Shown: positions 48,280 to 57,317, numbered from the stretch's first letter. The stretch: DNA of 64,000 nt from an uncultured Gammaproteobacteria bacterium (GCA_964588465.1 CAZPPL010000002.1:8929-72928), one strand, 5' to 3'. The notes: generated by a model from the letters alone, not told the origin. A program made the numbers and translations.

Positions 48280-48807
48280 ATGGCAGATAAAAAACTTAAG
48301 GACACAAAAGCTAAAGACGAAAAAGCTAAAGACATTTTAATTACTGAAGTGGCGGGATCTTCTCAGGAGAAAGAAAAAGCTTCAACCCCTTTAGCCAATG
48401 GAGATATTATAGATTTTAAGGGTCGCTATATTAAAGCGATTGGTCGTCGCAAACGTTCAGTAGCTAGAGTTCGTTTATTCCAAGGAGGAAAGGGTATTAT
48501 TATGGTTAATGGTAAAAGAACTCAGGAATATTTTTCTGGTGAAGGGGCTAATTTATTAGCTCAGCCTTTGAAAGTTACTGGCCATGCTCGAGATTTTAAT
48601 TTTTCAATTCTAGTATCTGGTGGTGGAAAACAAGGACAAGTGGGAGCGGTTCGTTTAGGTATTAGCAGAACTTTGTTAATCTATGATCCAGAAAGTAAAG
48701 AAGCTTTGAAGGCTAATGGTTTTCTGACTCGCGATCCGCGTCAAGTGGAAAGAAAGAAACCAGGTTTGCGTAAGGCTCGTAAAGCCCCACAATGGAGTAA
48801 ACGGTAA
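48280..48807 (+). CDS. rpsI: 30S ribosomal protein S9 with about 45-aa N-terminal extension
   Basis: Core sequence AIGRRKRSVARVRL..., ending KKPGLRKARKAPQWSKR. It is preceded by the K/D/E-rich MADKKLKDTKAKDEKAKD... Confidence 0.9.
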   Translation: MADKKLKDTKAKDEKAKDILITEVAGSSQEKEKASTPLANGDIIDFKGRYIKAIGRRKRSVARVRLFQGGKGIIMVNGKRTQEYFSGEGANLLAQPLKVTGHARDFNFSILVSGGGKQGQVGAVRLGISRTLLIYDPESKEALKANGFLTRDPRQVERKKPGLRKARKAPQWSKR

Positions 48808-48824
48808 ATTAGAATATTTCATAT

Positions 48825-48854
48825 AAAACGTCCTATTTTTCTGGACGTTTTTTT
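48825..48854 (+). terminator. Intrinsic terminator after rpsI
   Basis: Perfect 9-bp stem AAAACGTCC/GGACGTTTT with a 9-nt loop, running into a T7 tract. Confidence 0.65.
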
Positions 48855-48868
48855 GTTATAATTTTATT

Positions 48869-49963
48869 ATGGAAACTTTATTAAAAAAACTAGAAGATTT
48901 AAGAGAACATTTTCTACGGGCTAAAACTTTTTCCGATATTAATCGTAAGATAGTAGAGGAACAGGAATTACGTGGGTATATGGCTAATCCCGCAATTTGG
49001 AACAACCGAGAAAAAGCGGTCAAGATTGGCCAGAGAATTGAAGAATTAGCTACTGAAACTAAAGAATGGTTAGTTTTAGAACAAGAAATCAGGGAAGCTG
49101 AAGAGTTAGGAGCTTTAGCTTTAAAAGAAGGAGGAGGAGATTTAACCGCTGAATTACAAAAAAAATATGATGAACTAGTAGAACGTTTTGAACATTTAGA
49201 ATTTAGTTCTTTATTCTCTGGGCACTATGATCGTGATAGTGTCCTGTTGACAATTCGTTCGGGGATTGGTGGAGTAGATGCTCAAGATTGGGCCCAGATT
49301 TTAGAAAGAATGTATTTACGATTTAGCGAGCGTCAAGCTTGGAAAACCGAAATTCTAGATAAAAATTATGGTAATGAAGCAGGGGTTAAAAATGTTATGA
49401 TGCGAATCTCTGGTCTTTGGGCTTATGGTTATTTAAAAAGCGAAAATGGTCTTCATCGTTTATTGCGTAATTCCCCTTTTAATTCTGATGGGCTCCGGCA
49501 CACTTCCTATGCCTCAGTAGAAGTTATTCCTGAAATAAAGGATAATAATACTATTATAATTAAAGACGAAGATTTACGAATTGATGTCTATCGTTCTAGT
49601 GGCCCAGGTGGTCAAGGGGTGAATACCACCGACTCTGCGGTGCGGGTAGTATATCTGCCTACTGGTCTAACAGTCACTTGTCAAAATGAACGTTCCCAAC
49701 ATCAAAATAAAGAGACTGCTTTAAAAGTTCTAAAAATTAAATTATATAAATTAGCTCTAGAGAAAAAAGAAGCTGAAGAACGAAGACTGAAAGGTAAAGT
49801 ATCCAAAACTGAATGGGGTAATCAGATTCGTTCCTATTTTCTATATGGTCGGCGTCTGATTAAAGACCACCGTACTAATTATGAAACTTCTAATGTGGAT
49901 AATGTTTTAGATGGTGCTTTAGAACCATTTATGGAAGCTTATTTACGTTGGTTAAAGAAATAA
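48869..49963 (+). CDS. prfB: Peptide chain release factor 2 (uninterrupted ORF)
   Basis: 364 aa. SPF tripeptide (RNSPFNS), GGQ motif (SGPGGQGVNTTDSAVR). There is no in-frame stop or frameshift site near the N-terminus. Confidence 0.92.
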   Translation: METLLKKLEDLREHFLRAKTFSDINRKIVEEQELRGYMANPAIWNNREKAVKIGQRIEELATETKEWLVLEQEIREAEELGALALKEGGGDLTAELQKKYDELVERFEHLEFSSLFSGHYDRDSVLLTIRSGIGGVDAQDWAQILERMYLRFSERQAWKTEILDKNYGNEAGVKNVMMRISGLWAYGYLKSENGLHRLLRNSPFNSDGLRHTSYASVEVIPEIKDNNTIIIKDEDLRIDVYRSSGPGGQGVNTTDSAVRVVYLPTGLTVTCQNERSQHQNKETALKVLKIKLYKLALEKKEAEERRLKGKVSKTEWGNQIRSYFLYGRRLIKDHRTNYETSNVDNVLDGALEPFMEAYLRWLKK

Positions 49964-50040
49964 AAAAATTTGTTTAGATACTTTTTAATCTTAATATCGT
50001 TTTAAATCTTAGTTTTTATTAATAAATAAATTATATTTTC

Positions 50041-50069
50041 TTGACTTTTTTTCAATTTCTTGTTATCAT
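50041..50069 (+). promoter_or_regulatory. Putative promoter of the CAP-domain gene
   Basis: TTGACT, a 17-nt spacer ending TGT (extended -10), then TATCAT. Confidence 0.45.
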
Positions 50070-50091
50070 GTATTAAGATTATTTGATTAAT

Positions 50092-51411
50092 ATGAATAAA
50101 AAAAGAGATAATTTAAAATTTTCTAGAAAATTTAAAGACTCGGATGGAGATGGTCTGTCAGATTATGATGAAGTTCATTATTTTGGCTCAGATCCCTATA
50201 ATGCTGATTCAGATGGTGATGGTATAGAAGATGGTGAAGCAGTCTTAAATGGTCGTGACCCAGTCGGTGGCGGTCGTCTTAAAAATTTTTTTATTCCTCA
50301 TGCTGGTAATAATTATGAACCCAGCATTCTAAGAACAAAACGAATTGTTTTTCATACTCTCAGTCTCATCACTATTAAATTGATTGTGGTCGCTTTTATT
50401 ATTTTTTATCCCTTGACTGCTTGGCTTAGTACTAGTGCTGCTTATGCTCAAACTCAAAAAATAATTGTCTTGACCAATAATCTCAGAAGTCAGGTTCATC
50501 TTGTGGCCTTAAAGGAAAATACTAAATTAGATGACGCAGCTTATGAAAAAGTTAATGATATGTTAGTTAAGCAATACTTTGCTCATGTCAGTCCGAGTGG
50601 TTTAACTTTAGCATACTGGATTAAACGAGTTGGTTATAATTATTCCACTGCTGGAGAAAATTTGGCTATTGGTTACGCCACGGCCGAAGAAGTTGTTGCC
50701 GCTTGGAGAAAAAGTCCAGAACATTATAGTAATATAATTGATCCCAATTTTAAAGATATAGGAGTTGCTATGAGTGACGGTCGTTTTGATAAGGTTAACA
50801 CCGTGATGGTTGCCCAGTATTTTGCTCGGCCGATGTTTAATTCCAAATCTTCGGTTATAAAACTGAAGACTCCCCTAACCTTAGTCAAAAAAATAATTAA
50901 ACCAGTAAGTGGTAAGTTGACGATTAAAGGAGACAATTTTACTGATGCTAAGGTTATTAAAGCGGCAGTATCTCTGCCACCAACTACGGTGGCCGCCAAG
51001 GTAATCGTTAGCAATAAGATTATCAAGTTGAATAAGGCTAGTAGTACTAGTTGGACGGGGACAGCTTTAGTTAGTAATAAAACTATAAAAAAACTTAATC
51101 AACCTCTAGTGCCAGCTACGATTGATGTGCAGAATAGTAAGGGGGTAATAACTCAAGAGCCCTTAGATTGGACCAAAATAAAACCAGTAAGCACCTCTCC
51201 GCTAGAACGCTATAATCTATTTAGAGAGCAACCGTCTTATGCTATGCTCCCAGTATTAATCGCGAGTAATGTTTATTTTGAAGTTATGCTCTTCTTGGCT
51301 ATAATTGCTTTTGCTCTTAATATTTTTATAGAAATTAAAAAGCAGAAATCTCATCTTATTTTTAAAAGTTTAGGGATGATAGTGCTATTAGTTCTCTTAA
51401 TTATCTTTTAA
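50092..51411 (+). CDS. Membrane-anchored CAP/SCP (PR-1-like) domain protein with thrombospondin-type-3-like Ca-binding repeats
   Basis: DSDGDGLSDYDEVHYFGSDPYNADSDGDGIEDGEA at the N-terminus, then a TM segment, a CAP-domain segment (HVSPSG...GENLAIGY...AAWRKSPEHYSNIIDPNFKDIGVA), and a C-terminal TM pair. The ATG at 50092 is preferred. Confidence 0.7.
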   Translation: MNKKRDNLKFSRKFKDSDGDGLSDYDEVHYFGSDPYNADSDGDGIEDGEAVLNGRDPVGGGRLKNFFIPHAGNNYEPSILRTKRIVFHTLSLITIKLIVVAFIIFYPLTAWLSTSAAYAQTQKIIVLTNNLRSQVHLVALKENTKLDDAAYEKVNDMLVKQYFAHVSPSGLTLAYWIKRVGYNYSTAGENLAIGYATAEEVVAAWRKSPEHYSNIIDPNFKDIGVAMSDGRFDKVNTVMVAQYFARPMFNSKSSVIKLKTPLTLVKKIIKPVSGKLTIKGDNFTDAKVIKAAVSLPPTTVAAKVIVSNKIIKLNKASSTSWTGTALVSNKTIKKLNQPLVPATIDVQNSKGVITQEPLDWTKIKPVSTSPLERYNLFREQPSYAMLPVLIASNVYFEVMLFLAIIAFALNIFIEIKKQKSHLIFKSLGMIVLLVLLIIF

Positions 51412-51482
51412 ATTGCACTCAATTTTTTTCAAACTATCTTATTACTATTTTATTTAGTTTTTACTTTTATTTTATCTTCTTC

Positions 51483-51511
51483 TTGACTTTTCTCAGGGAT
51501 AGATATAATAT
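51483..51511 (+). promoter_or_regulatory. Putative promoter of the beta-helix surface protein gene
   Basis: TTGACT, a 17-nt spacer, then TAATAT (alternatively a 15-nt spacer to TATAAT). The palindrome TGTCAATATTGACA follows immediately. Confidence 0.35.
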
Positions 51512-51632
51512 GTCAATATTGACAAAATCTTCTATTTCTATTAGAGAATAAAATCTCTAGAAATAAATTTTTGCACCATTTTAAATTTTTTAAAATTAAT
51601 TTATATATTTGAATAATTAACTATTAAAATCT

Positions 51633-54617
51633 ATGAAACATTTATTTCAAAGGAAAGGTTTTGCATTCTTAACGATTGCCACTTTTTTGATTGGTGGTTT
51701 TCTGTTATTTGGAGTCAATACGCCGGTGGTAAATGCTGCCACTAGTTCAACAGCTTCAACAACATTGTATGTGAATGGCAGTGCGACTAGTACGACTAGT
51801 ACGACGAGTACACTGGGTACACAGAATAATCCATATAAAACCATCCAATCCGCCATTACCGCCGCTTCAAGTGGTGATACAATTGATGTTGCCAATGGGA
51901 CATATACGCTAAACAAAGAACTGGATATTACTCAAGTCTTAACTCTTAAGGGAGAGGGAGAAGGTTCTGTGATTATTAAAGCAACTAGTTCATCATGGGT
52001 TGCTACTAATGAATCAAAGCATCTTGTAGAGGTTTCTGCAGGGGCAACTAGTTCGCCTGTTACTATTTCCAATATAACTTTTGATTCTAGTAACAATGCC
52101 TATGGTGTTCAAGCTTATGGCAATGTTCACCTTAACTTAGATAATGTCACCCTTAAAAACAGTAAAGGCGCTGGACTAACGGTTAATGGATCAAATGTGA
52201 CTGCTAACGGCCTGAATACAAAAGATAATGCTTGGGGTGCGGTGAATGTAGATCCAGGTTCTGGAGTTAAAACTCCTTCTGTTTTCACACTCTCTAGTAG
52301 TAATAGTAAGTTAGGAGAAGTTAACCAAATTTGGTCTGATGGTGAGTATGCTACAGGTACAGCAACAGTTGCAGTAAATGCTAACGGATATAATAAATAT
52401 AACGTTGCTATCAAAAGCCCTTCGTTTTTTATATGGACAAATAGACCATTAGCTAATGTAGCTACAATCACTAAAGATTCTGTAACTTCTATATATTATT
52501 CTATCCAATCCGCAATAGATGTCGCTTCAAGTGGCGATACAATTGCTGTCGCCAAGGGGACATATACTGGAAATGTAGATATTACTGAAGGAATCATTTT
52601 AAAATCAGTTTCTGGTGCTGCTAGTACAACTATATCAGGAACAACAGGGAATGTAGTAACGGTGAGTGCTGATAATGTGACCATTAACGGATTTACCATT
52701 ACAAACAACAAGACTGCTGGAACTGGAATCTATTCTTCAGATCACAGTAATTTAACTATCACAAATAATATTGTAACAAAGATTGGAAACAATAGTAATA
52801 ATATCGTCGGTAGAGGAATTGAGATAATATCTGCATCTTCGGCAGTTAAGGATATTTCAATTACTAATAATCAAATAAATAATATTACTTCTGGTTTGAG
52901 TAAGAATGGTAGTGTGAGTGGTGGTACAAGTGCTTCAGCAATTTCTATTGGGTGGCATAAAAAAGGAAATGGAAATATAACCAATCTTCTAATCCAGAAT
53001 AATACAATTTCTGATATTAATGCGGACACTACTGCTTGGACAAAAACAAGTGGGGGTTGGGCAACGGCAAATAGAGGTTATGGAGCATATGGTATTTTAA
53101 TTAACCACAAAACAAATGGAGCACAAATTTTAGGAAATACTATTAGCAATCTTACCGGTCTTTGGGCACACGCAATCGGGTTGGAAGGAGATACTCCGGA
53201 TGCAGTGGTAGCTGGTAATATTATTAGTAATTTAACTGATAATAAAACTCCCAGCGACGCGGTAGCGGTTCATTTTGAAGATAACCCAAATGCTGGGACG
53301 GCACTTGTTCATAATAATAGTTTCAGTGATGTACATGTTGGTGTTAATACTACAGGCACAAGTACAATTGATGCTATAGGTAACTGGTGGGGTATAAATC
53401 TTCCTAATTTCACAAGTATAGTTTCTGGCCATGTAACTTATTCCCCTTGGTTTACTAATTCTGATATGACCAACCTTGAATATACCACAGCCACCACTAG
53501 TACGACAACAACTGCTGAGACTGGTAGTAATCCCGAGATTTTAACTGGTACCAGTACGGTTGGAAGTTTAGTAGTTACAGCCAATATTCCAACGGGAACC
53601 ACTATAACTGGTGATGCTTTATGGAATGGAATTTTAAGCCCTCCAACTGCCACCACTGCCACGGTTTCATTATCGGGCTTTAATACAAAAGTTACTTCGG
53701 CAATTGAAATTGGTTCCAGTGATTCAGATTTAACTTTTAGTAATCCAGTAAAACTTACTTTTGCCGGGCAAGCAGGGAAGAGAGTCGGTTGGTATAATCA
53801 TGCTGGTACTTTTACAGAAATAACTGCCCCTTGTGGTACTTCAACTCCCCTAGCTTTAACAGCGGGAGCCTCATGTAAAACTAATAGTAGCCAAGATTTA
53901 ATCGTTTGGACTACACATTTTTCTAAGTTTGTAACTTATACTCAGAGTGCTATCCCTGCTCCAGCTCCAGTTAGTTCTGGCGGTGGTGGTGGTGGATATA
54001 TCCCTGCCACCTGTTCCAGTGTGGTTTATGGTGCTTGGGGTACTCCTTTCAACAATATTCAGTATCGTAATGTCATTAGCCGAGCTCCAAGTTCTTGTTC
54101 TTTAACTGCGAATCAGAGATCAGCTAGTTCTCGGACTTATGTTAGTCCAGTTAAGAAAACAGCTCCTAAGGTTACTCCTCAGCCTGTCACTAAGCCTCGA
54201 ACCAAGACTTCTACCACAAACAAAACTACAGTTAATAAAAAGACTGTGACGAAAGGACTTCAAAAAGTTTTAGGTGTCAAGATTTTTGCTAATGGTACTT
54301 TATTACGGGCGACTAATCATAGAATCTATGTAGTTAAAAATGGTGTATTACAGTATATCCATTCTTTGAAGGAATTATCTAATAACTATGCTGGCCAAGC
54401 TATTCTTAAAGTTAGTAGCAAAGTTATTACTTCTTATGGTCAAGAGGTTTTAGGAATTAAGGCTTATGCTAATGGTTCTCTAATCCGTGGGGCTAATAAG
54501 AAGGTGTATGTTATTACCAATGGTAAAAAAGTACATATTCTTAATCTTATTGAATTACGGAAATATACTGGTCGGGTGATTAACGATGTTTCGGCTGCGG
54601 TTTTGAATGAATATTAA
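51633..54617 (+). CDS. Large secreted right-handed beta-helix (pectate-lyase-fold) surface protein with two C-terminal ~55-aa repeats
   Basis: 994 aa with a signal/TM segment. Two copies of the NPYKTIQSAI..SGDTI.VA.GTYT start motif. Many N/T/G-rich beta-helix rungs (ITNN, ISNL). A GGGGGG hinge, a P/T/K linker, then LGVKIFANGTLLRATNHRIYVVKNGVLQYI and LGIKAYANGSLIRGANKKVYVITNGKKVHI. Confidence 0.7.
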   Translation: MKHLFQRKGFAFLTIATFLIGGFLLFGVNTPVVNAATSSTASTTLYVNGSATSTTSTTSTLGTQNNPYKTIQSAITAASSGDTIDVANGTYTLNKELDITQVLTLKGEGEGSVIIKATSSSWVATNESKHLVEVSAGATSSPVTISNITFDSSNNAYGVQAYGNVHLNLDNVTLKNSKGAGLTVNGSNVTANGLNTKDNAWGAVNVDPGSGVKTPSVFTLSSSNSKLGEVNQIWSDGEYATGTATVAVNANGYNKYNVAIKSPSFFIWTNRPLANVATITKDSVTSIYYSIQSAIDVASSGDTIAVAKGTYTGNVDITEGIILKSVSGAASTTISGTTGNVVTVSADNVTINGFTITNNKTAGTGIYSSDHSNLTITNNIVTKIGNNSNNIVGRGIEIISASSAVKDISITNNQINNITSGLSKNGSVSGGTSASAISIGWHKKGNGNITNLLIQNNTISDINADTTAWTKTSGGWATANRGYGAYGILINHKTNGAQILGNTISNLTGLWAHAIGLEGDTPDAVVAGNIISNLTDNKTPSDAVAVHFEDNPNAGTALVHNNSFSDVHVGVNTTGTSTIDAIGNWWGINLPNFTSIVSGHVTYSPWFTNSDMTNLEYTTATTSTTTTAETGSNPEILTGTSTVGSLVVTANIPTGTTITGDALWNGILSPPTATTATVSLSGFNTKVTSAIEIGSSDSDLTFSNPVKLTFAGQAGKRVGWYNHAGTFTEITAPCGTSTPLALTAGASCKTNSSQDLIVWTTHFSKFVTYTQSAIPAPAPVSSGGGGGGYIPATCSSVVYGAWGTPFNNIQYRNVISRAPSSCSLTANQRSASSRTYVSPVKKTAPKVTPQPVTKPRTKTSTTNKTTVNKKTVTKGLQKVLGVKIFANGTLLRATNHRIYVVKNGVLQYIHSLKELSNNYAGQAILKVSSKVITSYGQEVLGIKAYANGSLIRGANKKVYVITNGKKVHILNLIELRKYTGRVINDVSAAVLNEY

Positions 54618-54642
54618 TTTATAGAATTTATTCTTAAGATGT

Positions 54643-54672
54643 AAAAACGATCCTAAGGGGTCGTTTTTATTA
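54643..54672 (+). terminator. Intrinsic terminator after the beta-helix gene
   Basis: AAAAACGATCC-taag-GGGTCGTTTTT stem (one G-T pair) running into TTTTTATT. Confidence 0.65.
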
Positions 54673-54768
54673 GTGTAGAGAAGTAGCCTTCTTAATTTTG
54701 GAAACTTTATCTTTTCTTAAGCTCTCATATTATAAAATACCATTATTAAAATTAATAATGGTATTTTC

Positions 54769-56235
54769 ATGTTTTTAGGAATAGGGCCTTATTTAATCAA
54801 ATTATTCCGTTATTTTTTAGATTTTTGTCATTCTTTATCACCAACTAAAATATTTTTCTTTATTAATTTAGCCTTTATTGTTTTTATTTTTATTTTAGGA
54901 TTTCGTCCAGGAGCTTTTCATCCGAAGATTACTCAGCAGAACTTAGCCTATTATAATAATCGTTTGGCGACTGTTACAGGGAGAGTTTGTGAAGAAAGTA
55001 GAACAAATATAAAGAGTCAGCAATTAACAGTTTGTGCTTTAGGGCGAGTGTTAGTGACCACTAATTTATATCCAGTATATGATTATGGAGATTTTGTTAA
55101 AGTTACTGGTCGTTTACAAACTCCGATGAAGATTGAGGGTTTTGATTATGGAGCTTATTTAGCTCGTTATGACATTTATTCAGTGATGTATTATCCTCGT
55201 ATTAAAAAGATATCTGGTTCTCTTACCAAACCACAACAAGCCTACCGACTATTATTAGATTTTAAGCAAAGACTTCGTAGTATTATTAATTCTACCCTAC
55301 CAGAACCAGAAGCTGGTTTAGCTAATGCTCTACTACTAGGTTATCGTCGTTTACTTTCTAAAGCAGATTTACAAATTTTCGCTCGGGTGGGTTTAAGTCA
55401 TTTGATTGCTATTTCTGGTACCCACATTGCGATATTAAGTGCTTTAATAATTAATCTTTTTTTAGTTCTGGGTTTTCGCCGTAGGCAAACTTTTATAGCA
55501 GTTTTTATTTTTTTAATTCTATATCCCATTATTACTGGTTTAGGTGCTTCGGCCGTTCGTTCTGCTATTATGGGTAGTTTAGCTTTATTAGCAGTTTATT
55601 ATAAACGCAGTAATTCACTTATTAAAGCTTTAGTATTTTCAGCCACTCTAATGCTAATTTTTAATCCTCGGCTGTTACGAGATGATTTGGGTTTTCAATT
55701 ATCTTTTTTAGCTTTATTGGGTATCATTTATATTTATCCGGTACTAAGTTTATTTACCAATTGGCTACTTACTAAAATCAAACTAGCTGGCAGAGCCAAA
55801 AATATATTTAAAATAATTTTGGAGATATTAGTTTTAACTTTAGCAGTACAGATCACTATTTTGCCAATTATGATAATTAATTTTAAACAATTATCTTTAA
55901 TAGCTCCCTTATCTAATATTTTAGTGCTCTGGGCTTTTCCGCCATTATTGGCTAGTTTAATAGGAGCTTTAATACTCAGTGCTTTAATTCCTAGCGGAGC
56001 AGTATTATGGTTTAGTCCCGCCTACCTGTTACTTAAATTTATTTTTACAGTGGCCTACCGATTAGCTCAATTAAATTTTGCCGCAGTTGGTTACTCCAAT
56101 TTTAATTGGTATTGGGGTATTTTGTATTATGCAATATTGATAGCGGGAACCTATTTTCTATCTCTTAGTTTTAGTTCTGGGAAAACAGATTTTAAAAAAA
56201 CGGCCTTAGATTCGGCCGATTTTTTAAAACTCTAA
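54769..56235 (+). CDS. comEC: ComEC/Rec2-family DNA internalisation channel protein, without metallo-beta-lactamase domain
   Basis: 488 aa and polytopic. N-terminal OB-like segment (GDFVKVTGRLQTP), then a competence-domain segment (FARVGLSHLIAISGTHIAIL, TGLGASAVRSAIMG). Confidence 0.75.
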   Translation: MFLGIGPYLIKLFRYFLDFCHSLSPTKIFFFINLAFIVFIFILGFRPGAFHPKITQQNLAYYNNRLATVTGRVCEESRTNIKSQQLTVCALGRVLVTTNLYPVYDYGDFVKVTGRLQTPMKIEGFDYGAYLARYDIYSVMYYPRIKKISGSLTKPQQAYRLLLDFKQRLRSIINSTLPEPEAGLANALLLGYRRLLSKADLQIFARVGLSHLIAISGTHIAILSALIINLFLVLGFRRRQTFIAVFIFLILYPIITGLGASAVRSAIMGSLALLAVYYKRSNSLIKALVFSATLMLIFNPRLLRDDLGFQLSFLALLGIIYIYPVLSLFTNWLLTKIKLAGRAKNIFKIILEILVLTLAVQITILPIMIINFKQLSLIAPLSNILVLWAFPPLLASLIGALILSALIPSGAVLWFSPAYLLLKFIFTVAYRLAQLNFAAVGYSNFNWYWGILYYAILIAGTYFLSLSFSSGKTDFKKTALDSADFLKL

Positions 56236-56251
56236 TTGTTTGATACAATAA

Positions 56252-56536
56252 TTATTTCTTAGGGATAGCTTTATTCTTGCTAGGTTTCTTAGTTTTAATT
56301 CTTTTAGTTTTAGGAGCCTTAAGTTCACCCGATTTTAAAGCTGGCTTTCGCTTAGTTTTAATTCGTTCTGGTTTATTCATGGTGCGCAGACAAGCAATAC
56401 AAATTTTAAGTTTAACCCCATCAATAGTTCTACTTTGTAGATTGATATTTTGTCTTTTAAGAGTTTTAACTCGGGAATGAGATCTACTAGCCCCCTTAGT
56501 TGATCCTCGTCCACATAAATCACATCTTTTCGACAT
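56252..56536 (-). CDS. rpmB: 50S ribosomal protein L28 with K-rich C-terminal extension
   Basis: MSKRCDLCGRGSTKGASRSHSRVKTLKRQNINLQ matches the L28 N-terminal consensus. About 39 extra K/P-rich residues follow at the C-terminus. Confidence 0.85.
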   Translation of the reverse strand: MSKRCDLCGRGSTKGASRSHSRVKTLKRQNINLQSRTIDGVKLKICIACLRTMNKPERIKTKRKPALKSGELKAPKTKRIKTKKPSKNKAIPKK

Positions 56537-56654
56537 ATTAGTTATAGTTATCTTTTTTATGGCTTAAGCCTAGCAGTATTTTTAAAATTAATCAAGCTGT
56601 GTTAGAATATATTAATATTAAATTTGGTTTATAATATAGTTTACTATACAATTT

Positions 56655-57257
56655 ATGATTCAAGCCTTTGAAATTATTGTGTTGATTTTTTCAGCAGTAG
56701 CACATGAATATATGCATGGCTGGGTAGCTTATCGTTTAGGTGATCCGACTGCTAAAAATGCTGGTCGTTTAACTGTAAATCCTTTAGCACATTTAGAATG
56801 GTTTGGATCTCTTTTTTTGCCCTTATTGATGATAATTACTAAAATGCCCTTTATTTTTGGTTGGGCCAAACCCGTGCCTTATAATCCCTATAACTTGCGA
56901 GATCAAAAATATGGTGATGCTAAGGTAGCGATAGCTGGGCCTTTGACTAATCTAGGAATTGCCATAGCTTTTGGTTTATTTTTACGATTTTTACCCAGTT
57001 TTAATCTTATCTTCTCTAGCCTATTAATGTCTATTGTCTATATTAACTTAGTTCTAATGGTGTTCAACTTAATTCCTATTCCCCCCTTAGACGGTTCTAA
57101 AGTTTTAGCAGTGTTTTTGCCAGCGGATTTACGAGAACGTTATTTAAATGCTGGACGTATGGGTTTTGTTTTGGTAATTTTATTTGTTATATTTGCTGGC
57201 AGTTTAATTTTGCCGATTGTTAACTCATTATTTAGAATCATTGTAGGTGGAGCTTAA
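56655..57257 (+). CDS. Small M50-family (site-2 protease-like) membrane metalloprotease
   Basis: 200 aa. HEYMHG zinc motif, NLIPIPPLDGSKV second motif, and 5-6 TM segments. Confidence 0.75.
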   Translation: MIQAFEIIVLIFSAVAHEYMHGWVAYRLGDPTAKNAGRLTVNPLAHLEWFGSLFLPLLMIITKMPFIFGWAKPVPYNPYNLRDQKYGDAKVAIAGPLTNLGIAIAFGLFLRFLPSFNLIFSSLLMSIVYINLVLMVFNLIPIPPLDGSKVLAVFLPADLRERYLNAGRMGFVLVILFVIFAGSLILPIVNSLFRIIVGGA

Positions 57258-57317
57258 ACTATAGCAATATAAAACTTAGGATATTTTAAATTATTTGGAT
57301 AATACTAATAGTTGTTC

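Noticed and set aside
48869-49963. Programmed +1 frameshift in prfB, or an alternative genetic code (UGA reassignment)
   Set aside because: The RF2 ORF is continuous from its ATG with no in-frame TGA near codon 25. RF2 with an SPF motif is present, and TGA is used as a genuine stop (for example the ATGA overlap at 34951-34954). The standard code 11 therefore fits.
52127-52471. Minus-strand ORFs within the beta-helix gene: 114 aa here, plus 51647-51916, 52496-52711, 53232-53432 and 53438-53662
   Set aside because: They are antisense shadows of a long T/S/N/G-rich coding region. The plus-strand frame is uninterrupted for 994 codons and has a coherent repeat architecture.
56277-56480. 67-aa plus-strand ORF antisense to rpmB
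   Set aside because: The minus-strand frame gives an unmistakable L28 N-terminus, so the plus-strand frame is a shadow.
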